64,000 nucleotides of DNA from an uncultured Acidobacteriota bacterium (GCA_963796275.1 CAWCKY010000006.1:192001-256000), one strand, 5' to 3'. Counted from the stretch's first letter, positions 43,915 through 54,136 are shown. The notes: generated from the sequence alone by a model not told the origin. A program made the numbers and translations.

Positions 43915-44129
43915 GGAATGTTCGATGTCTTGAAGAATTTCACATCTACGATCGACGTTAGCACCAATGTTGCCAGGCCGATGATCGCCAGCGACTATAT
44001 TCGTTTTTAGCCGACTGGCGCTTCATCCGCCCGCGGTCATTAACAATGGCTGGTATCTCCGCATTGTTTCTCCCGCTCCCGCGGCACCGTTGTCCCTTCC
44101 GTAACGGCTGCATTATTCGCCGTTTCCTC

Positions 44130-44270
44130 GACCTTCCGTTGCAGCTGCAACTTCGCGCGTAACTCGGCTGCGCTTTGACAGCGCACCTCGCAATCCATCT
44201 CGATCATTCGGTTGATCAGCCATTCTAATTCCGGTGGTAAGCCTGGACAGGATCGGCCAGTCACGGCGGC
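44130..44270 (-). pseudogene. Fragment resembling a Ser/Thr protein kinase C-lobe end
   Basis: PGLPPELEWLINRMIEMDCEVRCQSAAELRAKL resembles P..P.EL..II.R.LE.D...RYQSA.EL. Confidence 0.45.
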
Positions 44271-44642
44271 ATTCGCGCAGTGCTTCGAGCGCCACATCCG
44301 GGCCGACATTGTCGCGGAATTTGGAGCAGTCCGCGACTGTCTTGGCGATTTGGTAGACGCGCACCGTGATGCCTTCTATCCGATGTTCTTCGATGCCCTC
44401 GGTCAGCGCAGATCTAGAGAAATAATGAATCCGCAGCCGCGGTGATTCTACGCGTGGACGATGAGCGCCGCGCCCGATCTCCACCCATACTTCGAAAGGG
44501 GCCTGCGTCGTCAGGTTAGATGAGCGCGGAGAGCAGGCCGAGCGCGCCTTCCGGAACGAGCTTTGCCGCTTCGATGAAGCTTTTATGTTCGCTTAGTTCG
44601 GCGCCCAGCCGGTCGATATAGTCCGCGCCCGGCTCGTTCGAA
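44270..44642 (-). pseudogene. Degraded type IV toxin-antitoxin antitoxin (AbiEi-like)
   Basis: Across frames: RAGRGLYR / ELSEHKSFIEAAKLVPEGALGLLSAL* / LTTQAPFEVW...VRVYQIAKTVADCSKFRDNVGPDVALEALRE; frameshifts and a stop. Confidence 0.7.
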
Positions 44643-44906
44643 TGCTGCGCGTCGATAATTGGTCACGGCGGTAGGTTTCGTCAGCCTGGAAGAGTTGCGG
44701 GAATCCACCTGTGGCGCAGTCCGAGGCTCGCCTGAAAACATTCCGCGCAGCAAAGTGTATGAAAGTAAAAAAAGTAATATCTATGAATGTAATGGAAGTA
44801 TTGGTTGTCCGGAGACCGTTCCGAAGCCGATCAAAGATGTATGACTTATAGTCATGAATAAATAATTTGCCAGGCAATTGTTTCACCAGTGCTGCGTCAA
44901 CCTCAC

Positions 44907-44922
44907 AGGCATACCCATTGCA
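44907..44922 (+). promoter_or_regulatory. Putative sigma54 (-24/-12) promoter
   Basis: aGGCATacccaTTGCA, GG-N10-GC spacing, upstream of the 44961 gene run. Confidence 0.4.
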
Positions 44923-44960
44923 ACGGATGGTGCAGGATTTCAAGCGGAAAGGTTGAAAGG

Positions 44961-45620
44961 GTGAGCAATTTGTCATACAGCGTTGTTCAGATCGCTACGC
45001 GCCGTGATTATGTGGTCGTATTGCTGGGATTGTATGTTGTGTTCGGGGGCGCGATGGCTATCTCGCCGTTGGATCGTTCCGACTGGTTGCTGGAGAATCT
45101 GCTGGTCTTTGTCGCGGTTGGGTTGCTGGCAGCCACTTATCGCAGCTTTCCGCTCTCCAACCTTTCATATTTGCTGATCACGATCTTTATGACGCTGCAT
45201 GCGATTGGGGCTCATTATACTTACGAACATGTCCCGCTCGGCTATTGGATAAAAGATATCTTCGAGCTGCAGCGTAATCACTTTGATCGTATTGTGCATT
45301 TCGCTTTTGGCGTGTTGCTCGTGTATCCGGTACGCGAGGTTCTGCTGGGCCTGATGAAGGCACCAAGCTTCTGGACATACTTTCTTCCGTTCACCATTGT
45401 GCTGGCTGCGAGCGGCTTCTATGAGGTGCTCGAATCCTGGGTGGCGCAGATTGTTAGCTCCGAACTAGGCGCGGCTTACCTGGGAACTCAAGGAGATGTG
45501 TGGGATGCACAGAAGGATATGACCGCAGCGATGATTGGCGCATTGCTCTCCATGGCATTCATCGCCCATCGCCGTATTGCGGCTGTCAGAGCGCGTGTGA
45601 AACCTGAGGCATCGATGTGA
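44961..45620 (+). CDS. DUF2238/YjdF-family inner membrane protein
   Basis: WLLEN, HAIGAHYTY, RNHFDRIVHF, YLGTQGDVWDAQKDM. Confidence 0.88.
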   Translation: MSNLSYSVVQIATRRDYVVVLLGLYVVFGGAMAISPLDRSDWLLENLLVFVAVGLLAATYRSFPLSNLSYLLITIFMTLHAIGAHYTYEHVPLGYWIKDIFELQRNHFDRIVHFAFGVLLVYPVREVLLGLMKAPSFWTYFLPFTIVLAASGFYEVLESWVAQIVSSELGAAYLGTQGDVWDAQKDMTAAMIGALLSMAFIAHRRIAAVRARVKPEASM

Positions 45621-45673
45621 TTGTTTACTGCTAAGAAGGAGGCCTCCCTGGCAGCACAGAAAGGAGATATGAG

Positions 45674-47071
45674 ATGGCTATCGGTACTGTCAATCCCGCA
45701 ACCGGAGAGACGCTTCGCTCATTTGAGGCGCTCTCGATGGCTCAGATCGATGCGAAACTCAAACTTGCGGCTAATACCTTTAGCAGCTACCGGCACACGC
45801 CGTTTGAAGAACGCGTTCGGATGATGGTACGAGCAGCAGAGATACTCGAAACGGAGAAGGAAAGTTTCGGCCGATTAATGACGATTGAAATGGGCAAACC
45901 CTTGCGGGCCGCGATTGAGGAAGCCGTCAAATGCGCGTGGGGGTGCCGCTTCTATGCGGAGAACGCAGCTGCTTTTCTGGCCGATGAAGTTATCTCTACC
46001 AATGCGACGCTCAGCTTTATTCGCTACCAACCGCTCGGACCGGTACTCGCCATTATGCCCTGGAACTTCCCATTCTGGCAGGTCTTCCGTTTCGCCGCGC
46101 CTGCATTGATGGCCGGCAATGTCGTTTTGCTCAAGCACGCGTCGAATGTGCCGCAATGTGCCCTGGCCATCGAGGAATTATTCCAGCGCGCTAGTTTTCC
46201 GAAAGGCGTATTTCAAACCCTGCTCATCGGTTCCGATCAAGTCCAGGGCCTCCTCGCTGATCCGCGCGTCATGGCGGCCACTCTGACAGGCAGCGAGCCG
46301 GCGGGAAGCAAAGTGGCGAGCGCCGCAGGCAAGCTGATCAAGAAGACTGTGCTTGAGCTGGGAGGCAGTGATCCATTCATCGTCATGCCGAGCGCTGATC
46401 TCAATGAAGCAGTGGCGACGGCAGTCAAAGCGCGCACCATCAATAATGGTCAGTCGTGCATCGCTGCCAAACGATTCATCATCGCCACGGAAATTGCGGA
46501 TGAGTTCGAGCGCCGCTTCGTGCAGGGTATGGAATCGCTCAATTTAGGCGATCCGATGGACGAGACGACCGACATCGGTCCGCTCGCCACCAGAGATATC
46601 CTGGCCACACTCGATGATCAGGTGAATCAAACGGTGGCCAATGGCGCACGCCTTCTCACCGGCGGCAAGCGATTGGAACGCCCAGGCTATTTCTACGCTC
46701 CGACAGTGCTTGCCGATATTCCCGAAGATTCGCCCGCCTATCGCGAGGAGTTATTCGGGCCGGTAGCATCGCTTTTTCGCGTGCGAGATCTGGATGATGC
46801 GATTCGGCTCGCCAATGACACGACATTCGGCTTGGCGGCCAGCGCGTGGACCAAAGATGAAGAGGAGCAAAGCCGATTGATTGAGGAGATCGATGTGGGC
46901 CTGGTCTTCATAAACGGTATGGTCGCCTCCGACCCGCGCCTGCCCTTTGGTGGAATGAAGCATTCAGGATATGGACGCGAACTCGGCGGTTACGGCATTC
47001 GTGAGTTCGTCAACATCAAAACGGTATGGATTAAAGCGGGAGCGGAGGCGAGTAACACGAGGACAGAATGA
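45674..47071 (+). CDS. gabD: NAD(P)-dependent succinate-semialdehyde dehydrogenase (Sad/GabD1-like aldehyde dehydrogenase)
   Basis: IMPWNFP, LKHA, LTGS, LELGGSDP, GQSCIAAKR, EELFGP, PFGGMKHSGYGRE. Confidence 0.88.
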   Translation: MAIGTVNPATGETLRSFEALSMAQIDAKLKLAANTFSSYRHTPFEERVRMMVRAAEILETEKESFGRLMTIEMGKPLRAAIEEAVKCAWGCRFYAENAAAFLADEVISTNATLSFIRYQPLGPVLAIMPWNFPFWQVFRFAAPALMAGNVVLLKHASNVPQCALAIEELFQRASFPKGVFQTLLIGSDQVQGLLADPRVMAATLTGSEPAGSKVASAAGKLIKKTVLELGGSDPFIVMPSADLNEAVATAVKARTINNGQSCIAAKRFIIATEIADEFERRFVQGMESLNLGDPMDETTDIGPLATRDILATLDDQVNQTVANGARLLTGGKRLERPGYFYAPTVLADIPEDSPAYREELFGPVASLFRVRDLDDAIRLANDTTFGLAASAWTKDEEEQSRLIEEIDVGLVFINGMVASDPRLPFGGMKHSGYGRELGGYGIREFVNIKTVWIKAGAEASNTRTE

Positions 47072-47111
47072 GGTGCATTTTGTATTTATGCCGGTAAGTT
47101 CGGAGGGTTAT

Positions 47112-48293
47112 ATGAACAGCGGAGTTCACGTCGGGCGAATTTTTGGCATCAACATTCAGATAGATTGGAGCTGGGTCTTCATCTTTCTGCTTGTGACCTG
47201 GAGTTTAGCGGTAGGCCTATTTCCGAGTTGGCATCCCGATTGGAGCCCTGCGCTGAGTTGGGCGGTGGCCCTGTCTGCATCGATTTTGTTCTTTGCCTCG
47301 GTCCTTATGCACGAACTGGCGCATTCTCTGGTCGCCAAAGCGAAAGGATTGCCAGTGCGGCGCATCACTCTGTTCCTATTCGGCGGGGTTTCGAACATCG
47401 ACCGAGAACCACCTTCTCCGAAGGCCGAGTTCCTTATCACTATAGTCGGGCCAATTACCAGCATTCTGCTCGGAGCGGTTTTTCTGATGTTGAGTAGAAT
47501 CAGTTTCGGGTTGGAATCGACAGTCCCGACTGAACCATCCGAGATCTTTGCGCGGCTCAACCCGTTCTCCACGCTGCTGCTCTGGTTGGGATCGATCAAC
47601 ATTCTAGTGGGTATCTTTAATATGATACCTGGATTCCCCCTGGATGGCGGTCGTGTGCTGCGTTCGTTGTTGTGGATGGCGACAGGCAGCTTACGCAAAG
47701 CGACTCGCTGGGCGTCAGCTACCGGACAGGCGATCGCCTGGATCTTTATCGTCTCGGGCATCGTGGTCGTCTTCGGCGCACAGCTTCCGATTTTCGGGAA
47801 GGGATTGATCAACGGCCTCTGGTTGATCTTAATCGGCTGGTTCCTCAACGGAGCAGCAATTGCCGGTTATCGGCAAGTCGTGATACGTGACTTGCTTGAA
47901 GATGTTCCGGTCGGGCGTTTGATGCGGAGGGATATGCCGGTGGTGCCTCCCGATCTTTCAGTCAGCGCTCTCGTTTATCAATGGATTATGGGGACAGATG
48001 AACGCGCATTCCCGGTGGTTATCGGAGGAAGGATGGTTGGCCTGGTCTGTCTGGAGGATGCGCGCAAACTCCCGCGCGAGGCCTGGGATTCCACACCGGT
48101 CGAACAGATTATGACCAAAGCCGAGCAACTCGATGTGGTATCTCCGCGAGAGGACGCCAATGAGGCGTTTGAAAAGCTGACGCGGCGCGATGTGCGCCAG
48201 GTGCCTGTTATGGAGGATGGCCAGCTGGTCGGATTGCTGCGCCGCCGCGATATCGTCAAATGGCTTCAGATGCATTCGGAGCTAGCAGCTTGA
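47112..48293 (+). CDS. Site-2 protease (M50) with tandem CBS domains
   Basis: HELAH, FNMIPGFPLDGGR, C-terminal CBS pair; SD ggagg before ATG 47112. Confidence 0.92.
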   Translation: MNSGVHVGRIFGINIQIDWSWVFIFLLVTWSLAVGLFPSWHPDWSPALSWAVALSASILFFASVLMHELAHSLVAKAKGLPVRRITLFLFGGVSNIDREPPSPKAEFLITIVGPITSILLGAVFLMLSRISFGLESTVPTEPSEIFARLNPFSTLLLWLGSINILVGIFNMIPGFPLDGGRVLRSLLWMATGSLRKATRWASATGQAIAWIFIVSGIVVVFGAQLPIFGKGLINGLWLILIGWFLNGAAIAGYRQVVIRDLLEDVPVGRLMRRDMPVVPPDLSVSALVYQWIMGTDERAFPVVIGGRMVGLVCLEDARKLPREAWDSTPVEQIMTKAEQLDVVSPREDANEAFEKLTRRDVRQVPVMEDGQLVGLLRRRDIVKWLQMHSELAA

Positions 48294-48382
48294 TTGCCGA
48301 TTCGGATGCGGATTTGGAACCGCACGGAACCTTATATAGACGCAAATACGCAAACATATGAACCAGGCTGAATTGTAACTAT

Positions 48383-48428
48383 CAGTATCCAGTATCCAGT
48401 ATCCAGTATCCAGTATCCAGTATCCAGT
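48383..48428. repeat. Heptamer tandem repeat (CAGTATC)x6 plus partial
   Basis: Directly visible between convergent genes. Confidence 0.95.
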
Positions 48429-48450
48429 TGAGGGCGCGACCGCGTCAAAT

Positions 48451-50064
48451 CTACCCTTTCTCTCCCTTACCCAGACTTTTCATCGCTTCCGCCAAACTCT
48501 GCCGATCGCCCAGCACCGATGCGAAGAGGTCGCCTTTGCGCTCAATTCGCTTTCCTATGTTTTCAATGGTGAAATCCTGCGGAGTTACCTTCATCCGTTT
48601 GATTTCGCTCCAATCCAGTGGCGTCGAGACCGTCGCGCCTTCCCGCGCGCGAACCGAATAGGGAGAGGCGATCGACTTGCCTCGATTGTTTTGCATGTAA
48701 TCAACATAGACTTGGTCACTTCTCCTCTTCTTCAACGAGCGCTCGATGGTAGAGATCTCGGGCAGCTTGCCGGCGACCATCCCCGCCACCTGCTTGGCAA
48801 TCCGCGCCACCTTTTCGTAGTCGTATTCAGCTTCGATTGGAACATAGATGTGCATGCCTCGTGATCCTGATGTCTTCGCATAGCATGCGAGGCTCAATCG
48901 CTCCAGCGCCTCTTTCACTCCCAGCGCCACTTCGCAGATCGTACGATAGCGCACGCTTTCTCCCGGATCGAGATCGAAGACTATCCAGTCGGGATGGTCC
49001 AGGCTGTGAATGCGGGAGTGCCATGGATGTTGCTCGATCGCTCCGAGATTGGCAGTGTAGAGTAGAGTCGCAACTGTGCCTCCGATGCTGTAATCGACCT
49101 GATGGCCGTCTGCGACTTTGATCCTCGAGGTGCGAATGTATTCAGGGGCTTTGTCTACGTCGTGCTGATAGAAAAAACCTTTGGTGATGCCATTGGGGAA
49201 GCGTTTAAGTATCAGCGGGCGATCTAGTAAATGAGGCAGCAGGTGAGGAGAGATTTCATAGTAGTATTTGATCAAGTCGCCTTTAGTATAACCGTTCTCC
49301 GGCCAGTAAAATTTGTCCAGGTTTGTCAATGCGAGAATGTCGTTCTTGACTTTAACATTTGCGTTACCGCTCAACCTCCCGGCCCTGAAGAACTGTGCTG
49401 CTGAAATCGGCCTTTCGCCTATTGCTGCTTCACTCGAAGCAGATTTTCTCTTCCTCCGAATGCCGGGCTTCTTGCCTTCGCTCTTATCTGATCGCACTTC
49501 ACGCTTTTGCGACGCCGGCGTAAAATCCTTAACCTCGGATTGCAAGATAGTCTCAAGCTCCCATCCTGGCTCCGAAAACCCATCTTTTCCCTTGATGAGC
49601 AGCCATTGTCTCTCTCGGTTCTTCATCCGTATGAGATTAAATTCGCCCTGCAACTTATCGCCCCGCAATATGAAGCTTAATTTGCCCTTTCTGAAAGCCG
49701 CGCCCGGACCACCTTTTTTACTATCTTTATCATCCGGAACTATCTCATAAGTCCCGGCGTCCCAAATTCGCACCTCACCCGCGCCATAATTTCCCTCTTC
49801 GATGTGTCCTTCAAATTTCAGATAGTCAACAGGATGATCTTCAGTCGCAACCGCCAGCCGTTTTTCCTTCGGATCTAGGGTTGGGCCTTTCGGTACCGAC
49901 CAGGATTTGAGCACACCTTCAATCTCGAGTCTGAAATCGAAGTGCAACCGTGAGGCATGATGCTCCTGGACGACGAAGCGACGACGCCCGGGTTTAACCG
50001 TTTTCCCCTGAGGTTCAGGCGTACGCTTGAAATCCCTCTTCTTGCGGTAAGTTACCAGTCCCAT
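48451..50064 (-). CDS. ligD: LigD-like NHEJ protein: 3'-phosphoesterase plus primase/polymerase domains, no ligase domain
   Basis: YRKKRDFKRTPEP, FVVQEHHASRLHFDFRLE, WSVPKGP; LTNLDK, RFPNG, FDLDP, KTSGSRGMHI, PYSVRA. Confidence 0.88.
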   Translation of the reverse strand: MGLVTYRKKRDFKRTPEPQGKTVKPGRRRFVVQEHHASRLHFDFRLEIEGVLKSWSVPKGPTLDPKEKRLAVATEDHPVDYLKFEGHIEEGNYGAGEVRIWDAGTYEIVPDDKDSKKGGPGAAFRKGKLSFILRGDKLQGEFNLIRMKNRERQWLLIKGKDGFSEPGWELETILQSEVKDFTPASQKREVRSDKSEGKKPGIRRKRKSASSEAAIGERPISAAQFFRAGRLSGNANVKVKNDILALTNLDKFYWPENGYTKGDLIKYYYEISPHLLPHLLDRPLILKRFPNGITKGFFYQHDVDKAPEYIRTSRIKVADGHQVDYSIGGTVATLLYTANLGAIEQHPWHSRIHSLDHPDWIVFDLDPGESVRYRTICEVALGVKEALERLSLACYAKTSGSRGMHIYVPIEAEYDYEKVARIAKQVAGMVAGKLPEISTIERSLKKRRSDQVYVDYMQNNRGKSIASPYSVRAREGATVSTPLDWSEIKRMKVTPQDFTIENIGKRIERKGDLFASVLGDRQSLAEAMKSLGKGEKG

Positions 50065-50454
50065 ATCTCCTCCTTCTATCCTCCATCTTGACGAAGATGT
50101 CTCACCATCATCGGATACGGCTACTCCTCAACTCGTGCAGCGGGTACTTTTGTGCAGACCTGATGTGCGCCGTATACCTCCAAATTATCTCATCTCAGGC
50201 AGTCGCTTAAACTCATCCAGTAAGCCTGCACAACCACTGATTGAGGATTGATCAGTTGTCCAGGAGACAGCCAATAAAGCAATGGATTACCAAAGCGGTA
50301 CCAAGCTTACCGCACTCCAAAAAGACTCCGCCACCTCTGAATATCAGTTGAATTTGTCTCGATTTCCTAAGAAATCGAGGAGTTTGTGACACAAGTATCA
50401 CTAGGTTAGACAACTGAAAACTCATCGTTTCCGGATCATTCGTTAACAACGATA

Positions 50455-50470
50455 TGGCATGCAATTTGCG
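50455..50470 (+). promoter_or_regulatory. Putative sigma54 promoter
   Basis: TGGCATgcaatTTGCg just upstream of ligase ATG 50485. Confidence 0.45.
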
Positions 50471-50484
50471 TACTACCACTGCGA

Positions 50485-52116
50485 ATGAAGTTCTCTAAAT
50501 TGGCTGCAATCTACGATCGTATTCTGCACACAGGCAGTGAGGCGAAGAGGATAAGCATTCTCGCTGACCTATTCAGAAGGTTGGATCAAAAGACATTAAG
50601 AGCGTCCGTGCATATAACGGCGGGCGAAGTGATCGATCCGCAGCTATCGGATCGACTTGGCATCGGGCCGGGAACGATTCGGACAGCCCTTACTGCAGCT
50701 TCAGGCAAAAAAGCTAGTGAGATCGAGAAAAGAATAAAAGAGACGGGCGATCTGAGCGATGTTGTGGCAGAGCTGACGGACGGCGCCGATCATCTCGCGG
50801 TGGATGAGTTATGGCAACTGACCAATCGCACAGTCGAAAAGGATAATGACAGGCTGAAGTTGCTCGAGTATATCTTCACTCACACTTCGTCACAGGGCGC
50901 GCAATACTTTACTCGCGCAGTGCTCAACCAGATGCGCATCGGCGTTGGCCGCGGAACTCTGATCAAAGGGATCGCCAGAGCATTCGATGTCGAGGCCGAT
51001 CAGGTAGAGCGTCTCTACGTCATGACAAACGATATCGGTCTTACTGCATCCCGCGCCAAACAAGGCACCAGGGGTCTTAAAAATTCGAGCCTCTCCCTCT
51101 TTCACCCTTATCAGTTTATGAGCGCGCATAAGGTGGACGATCCACAGCAGATATTCAGGCGCCTGGGCAAGAAGCCGATTCTTTTTGAAGTGAAATACGA
51201 CGGCGTGCGATTGCAGATCCACATAAAAGATGACCGACGTTCAGAGATCAAATTCTATTCCCGCCGGCTCAATGACAGTACAGAGGCTCTACCCGACGTA
51301 GCGCAAGCCTTGAAAAAAGCCTGGAAGGGACGCGATGCGATCATCGAAGGGGAAGCAGTGGCTTTCGATCCGGCATTGAAGAAGAAACAGCCGTTTCAGG
51401 CAGTGCTCATGCGGTTGGGGCGCAAGCACGGTGTCGCGGAGAAAGCGCGGCAGGTGCCGCTCATTCTCTATCTCTTCGACCTGCTCTATTATGATGGGCA
51501 GGATCTGATGGAGGTGGAACAGAGTGAGCGCCGCCGAAGGCTCAAAACACTCTTCAACGCAACTGAACGCGTGAAGCTAACCGAAGGGATAGTCTCCGAC
51601 AGGATCGAAGAGGAAGAGCGGTTTTTCAAACAGGCGATCAAGGCCGGACACGAAGGATTGATCGCCAAAGACCCGGAAGCGCCTTATCTGCCGGGGAAGC
51701 GATCCGATTACTGGATGAAACTAAAGCCTGAGTTCGAGACACTCGATGTAGTGGTTGTCGGCGGTATCTGGGGCTCAGGGCGGCGTCGCGGCTCGCTCTC
51801 CAGCCTCATCCTCGCAGTTCGCGATAAGGATGAGTATAGAACAGTAGGGAAAGTCGGGACTGGTTTCTCGGAAGAGGTTTTACAGAGTCTGACCGCCAGG
51901 CTTGAACCGCTGATCATAACCGCGCACGGGCGTCACGTTGAGATCGAACCGAACGTGGTTATCGAGGTTGACTTTCAAGGGATACAGAAGACGACAGCTT
52001 ATACCTCGGGTTATGCATTGCGCATCCCTCGTTTCCGGCGCGAACGCACCGATAAAAGCACGCGCGAAGCCGATACGCTCGCGCGTTTGAAGAAGCTCCA
52101 ACGGCAGTCGCATTAA
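50485..52116 (+). CDS. ATP-dependent DNA ligase (LigB/archaeal-like, with N-terminal DNA-binding domain)
   Basis: EVKYDGVR, IIEGE, LFDLLY, EGLIAK, WMKLK, GKVGTG, LRIPRF. Confidence 0.93.
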   Translation: MKFSKLAAIYDRILHTGSEAKRISILADLFRRLDQKTLRASVHITAGEVIDPQLSDRLGIGPGTIRTALTAASGKKASEIEKRIKETGDLSDVVAELTDGADHLAVDELWQLTNRTVEKDNDRLKLLEYIFTHTSSQGAQYFTRAVLNQMRIGVGRGTLIKGIARAFDVEADQVERLYVMTNDIGLTASRAKQGTRGLKNSSLSLFHPYQFMSAHKVDDPQQIFRRLGKKPILFEVKYDGVRLQIHIKDDRRSEIKFYSRRLNDSTEALPDVAQALKKAWKGRDAIIEGEAVAFDPALKKKQPFQAVLMRLGRKHGVAEKARQVPLILYLFDLLYYDGQDLMEVEQSERRRRLKTLFNATERVKLTEGIVSDRIEEEERFFKQAIKAGHEGLIAKDPEAPYLPGKRSDYWMKLKPEFETLDVVVVGGIWGSGRRRGSLSSLILAVRDKDEYRTVGKVGTGFSEEVLQSLTARLEPLIITAHGRHVEIEPNVVIEVDFQGIQKTTAYTSGYALRIPRFRRERTDKSTREADTLARLKKLQRQSH

Positions 52117-52171
52117 ATAGCCTCCGTCCCATCCCCATCATATTACCTTGCTCGGAAGTTGCTGCGAACGG

Positions 52172-52585
52172 TCACGGCGCTCTGACGCGCCGGATATAGA
52201 ACCGGAGCGCGCCGGTGGCGACAACAAGAGAAGCCGCCAGTCCCAGCCAGAACCACACTGTCCAGAAAGTGGGGATTAGATCCGATGAAGACCCGGCGCT
52301 TGCGCGCGCGCGATAGATCAGCCAGGCGCTGATGAGCCCGCTCGACATCCCAATCAACGAAAAAAGCCAAGGCGCTCTATCCAATACGATGCGCCTCAAG
52401 TAAAGCAACAGGACCGCAATCATCAGGATCGGCACCAGCCAGAGCGCGCGGTCGCCGCTCCGCGCCAGATCAAAGCCACTCTCCGAATCCTTCACACCAA
52501 GGCAACTCATCTGTACCCATGGTAGAAAGAAGCAGATCAGCACGAATAAAGCAGCGCCCAGTGTTGTTCGCTTCGCATTATCCAT
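52172..52585 (-). CDS. Hypothetical 4-TM membrane protein
   Basis: CFFLPWV motif and hydrophobic segments; in operon-like run. Confidence 0.7.
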   Translation of the reverse strand: MDNAKRTTLGAALFVLICFFLPWVQMSCLGVKDSESGFDLARSGDRALWLVPILMIAVLLLYLRRIVLDRAPWLFSLIGMSSGLISAWLIYRARASAGSSSDLIPTFWTVWFWLGLAASLVVATGALRFYIRRVRAP

Positions 52586-52597
52586 TCGGCCAGAGTA

Positions 52598-53035
52598 TCA
52601 GCGGGAAGATTGGCGCGACGCGTGGCTTTTGAACAATTCCATGATGAGTGTATGGCCGTGCTCTTCTGCCAACGTCAGGGCCGTTTTGCCGCTCGTAACG
52701 AGTTTTGCATTCAAGTCTGCGCCTTTATCAAGCAAAGTTTGGACGATATCTGCGCTACCGCTTGAAGCAGCCAGCATCAACGCCGTCATTCCATCGTTAT
52801 CGCTTACGTTCACCTCTGCCCCGTGCTCCAACAACTCTTTCACGGTCTCTGAATGCAGATTTATCGTGGCAAACATCAGAGCTGTCCGTCCAGCATCGTC
52901 CTTCGCATTCACATCGGCGCCCTGGCTCAGCAATGTTTTTACAGTCTCGGTTTTGCCTTCGAGCGCCGCGAACATCAAATCCGTACGGTGCTCCTTATAT
53001 CTTTCAGCGGTGCTCATGTTTGCGCGTGTCGGCAT
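52598..53035 (-). CDS. Ankyrin repeat protein
   Basis: Repeats GRTALMFA / GMTALMLA / GKTALTLA with LL..GADVNA. Confidence 0.92.
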   Translation of the reverse strand: MPTRANMSTAERYKEHRTDLMFAALEGKTETVKTLLSQGADVNAKDDAGRTALMFATINLHSETVKELLEHGAEVNVSDNDGMTALMLAASSGSADIVQTLLDKGADLNAKLVTSGKTALTLAEEHGHTLIMELFKSHASRQSSR

Positions 53036-53057
53036 ATCCTTTTCCTATTCGCAAATC

Positions 53058-53408
53058 CTATTCACAAAAATTATAGATCGATTGATCCCCCTGCTTTCGA
53101 CAGGCGATGATCACGGACTCGAACGTGCGCCGGTACTCCTGTGGCTCCGCGAGAATAATCGCGCTCTCACTCTCAATGAGCTTGATCGCAGTGAAAGTTG
53201 AGAGTTCGATCACGGTCGTGTAGTAACGATCTCGGTCCTCGACATGGGCTACGACCACTCGCCCATCCGGCTCGACCCTCACATAGCCGGTATGGGTTTG
53301 CGTGATCCCCTGGCTGAAGCGCAGCCGCAACTCTACGTCGCGGCCTTCGTCCTGCCAGAGCTTGATCGTCTGCACCGCCTCGTTTTGACTGATGATCTTC
53401 TCTTGCAT
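53058..53408 (-). CDS. Hypothetical protein
   Basis: 116-aa ORF in the co-oriented run, protein-like composition. Confidence 0.6.
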   Translation of the reverse strand: MQEKIISQNEAVQTIKLWQDEGRDVELRLRFSQGITQTHTGYVRVEPDGRVVVAHVEDRDRYYTTVIELSTFTAIKLIESESAIILAEPQEYRRTFESVIIACRKQGDQSIYNFCE

Positions 53409-53473
53409 CGCTGACCAGCACTCTCTCTGCCATTTAGAGCTTTAGTTGATCCTCGGCGCTGGGGGGCACTGTA

Positions 53474-53960
53474 TTACCCGGCAGCCTGGCTCACCCTGCG
53501 TTTGTAGGTTCCCATCAACTGACCTGTTGCGAGGATGTGTCCCTCCATCGCGCGCGCCAATTCATGTTTTGTCGCCCCCTCTTGCAACGGGAGCTCGATG
53601 TCGAGCGCATAGAGGCGAAAGACGTAACGATGGAAATTGCCAGGAGGAGGGCATGGCCCGTCGTAGCCGATATTTTTGAAATCATTCTGGCCCTGGCTGG
53701 CACCGCTCACCTCAAGAGGCCCAGTAGTCGGCAACGCCTCAGGCAGATCCGAAACTATCGGCGGCAGGTTGAAAATAAGCCAATGAACGAAGACTCCCGA
53801 AGGCGCATCCGGTATCTTCACAGATGAGTGCGAGGCTTTGTGCGTCCTTCGGAATGTTTCCCCACCGCAGCGAAGGGGAAACATTGTTGCCATCGCAGGT
53901 GTATTGAACCGGTATGGTTTCACCATGGTGAAAGGCGGTGCTTAAAACTTGAATATCCAT
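53474..53960 (-). CDS. YbhB/YbcL (PEBP/Raf kinase inhibitor-like) protein with a 1-nt frameshift at ~53813
   Basis: MDIQVLSTAF...YTCDGNNVSPSLRW...LICED / PDAPSGVFVHW...GYDGPCPPPG..HRYVFRLYALD; removing one base restores EDPDAP. Confidence 0.88.
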
Positions 53961-54120
53961 GTCAATCTTCTCCCTCGGGGAAAATTGCTCCTTGCTGGAA
54001 GTAGCGGCTTGTACCCATCTCATACGATTACCTGATACAAGCTGGAACCATATTGATTGAGTTGTGCGAACTATGATCTCGACGAAACGAAATTCTCCAA
54101 GCCGTAAATCAGAAATAAGT

Positions 54121-54136
54121 TGCAAGGGGAATGCCA
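54121..54136 (-). promoter_or_regulatory. Putative sigma54 promoter for the PEBP-ankyrin run
   Basis: Minus strand reads TGGCATtccccTTGCA. Confidence 0.55.

Noticed and set aside
48383-48428. CRISPR-like repeat
   Set aside because: Pure 7-mer tandem with no spacers
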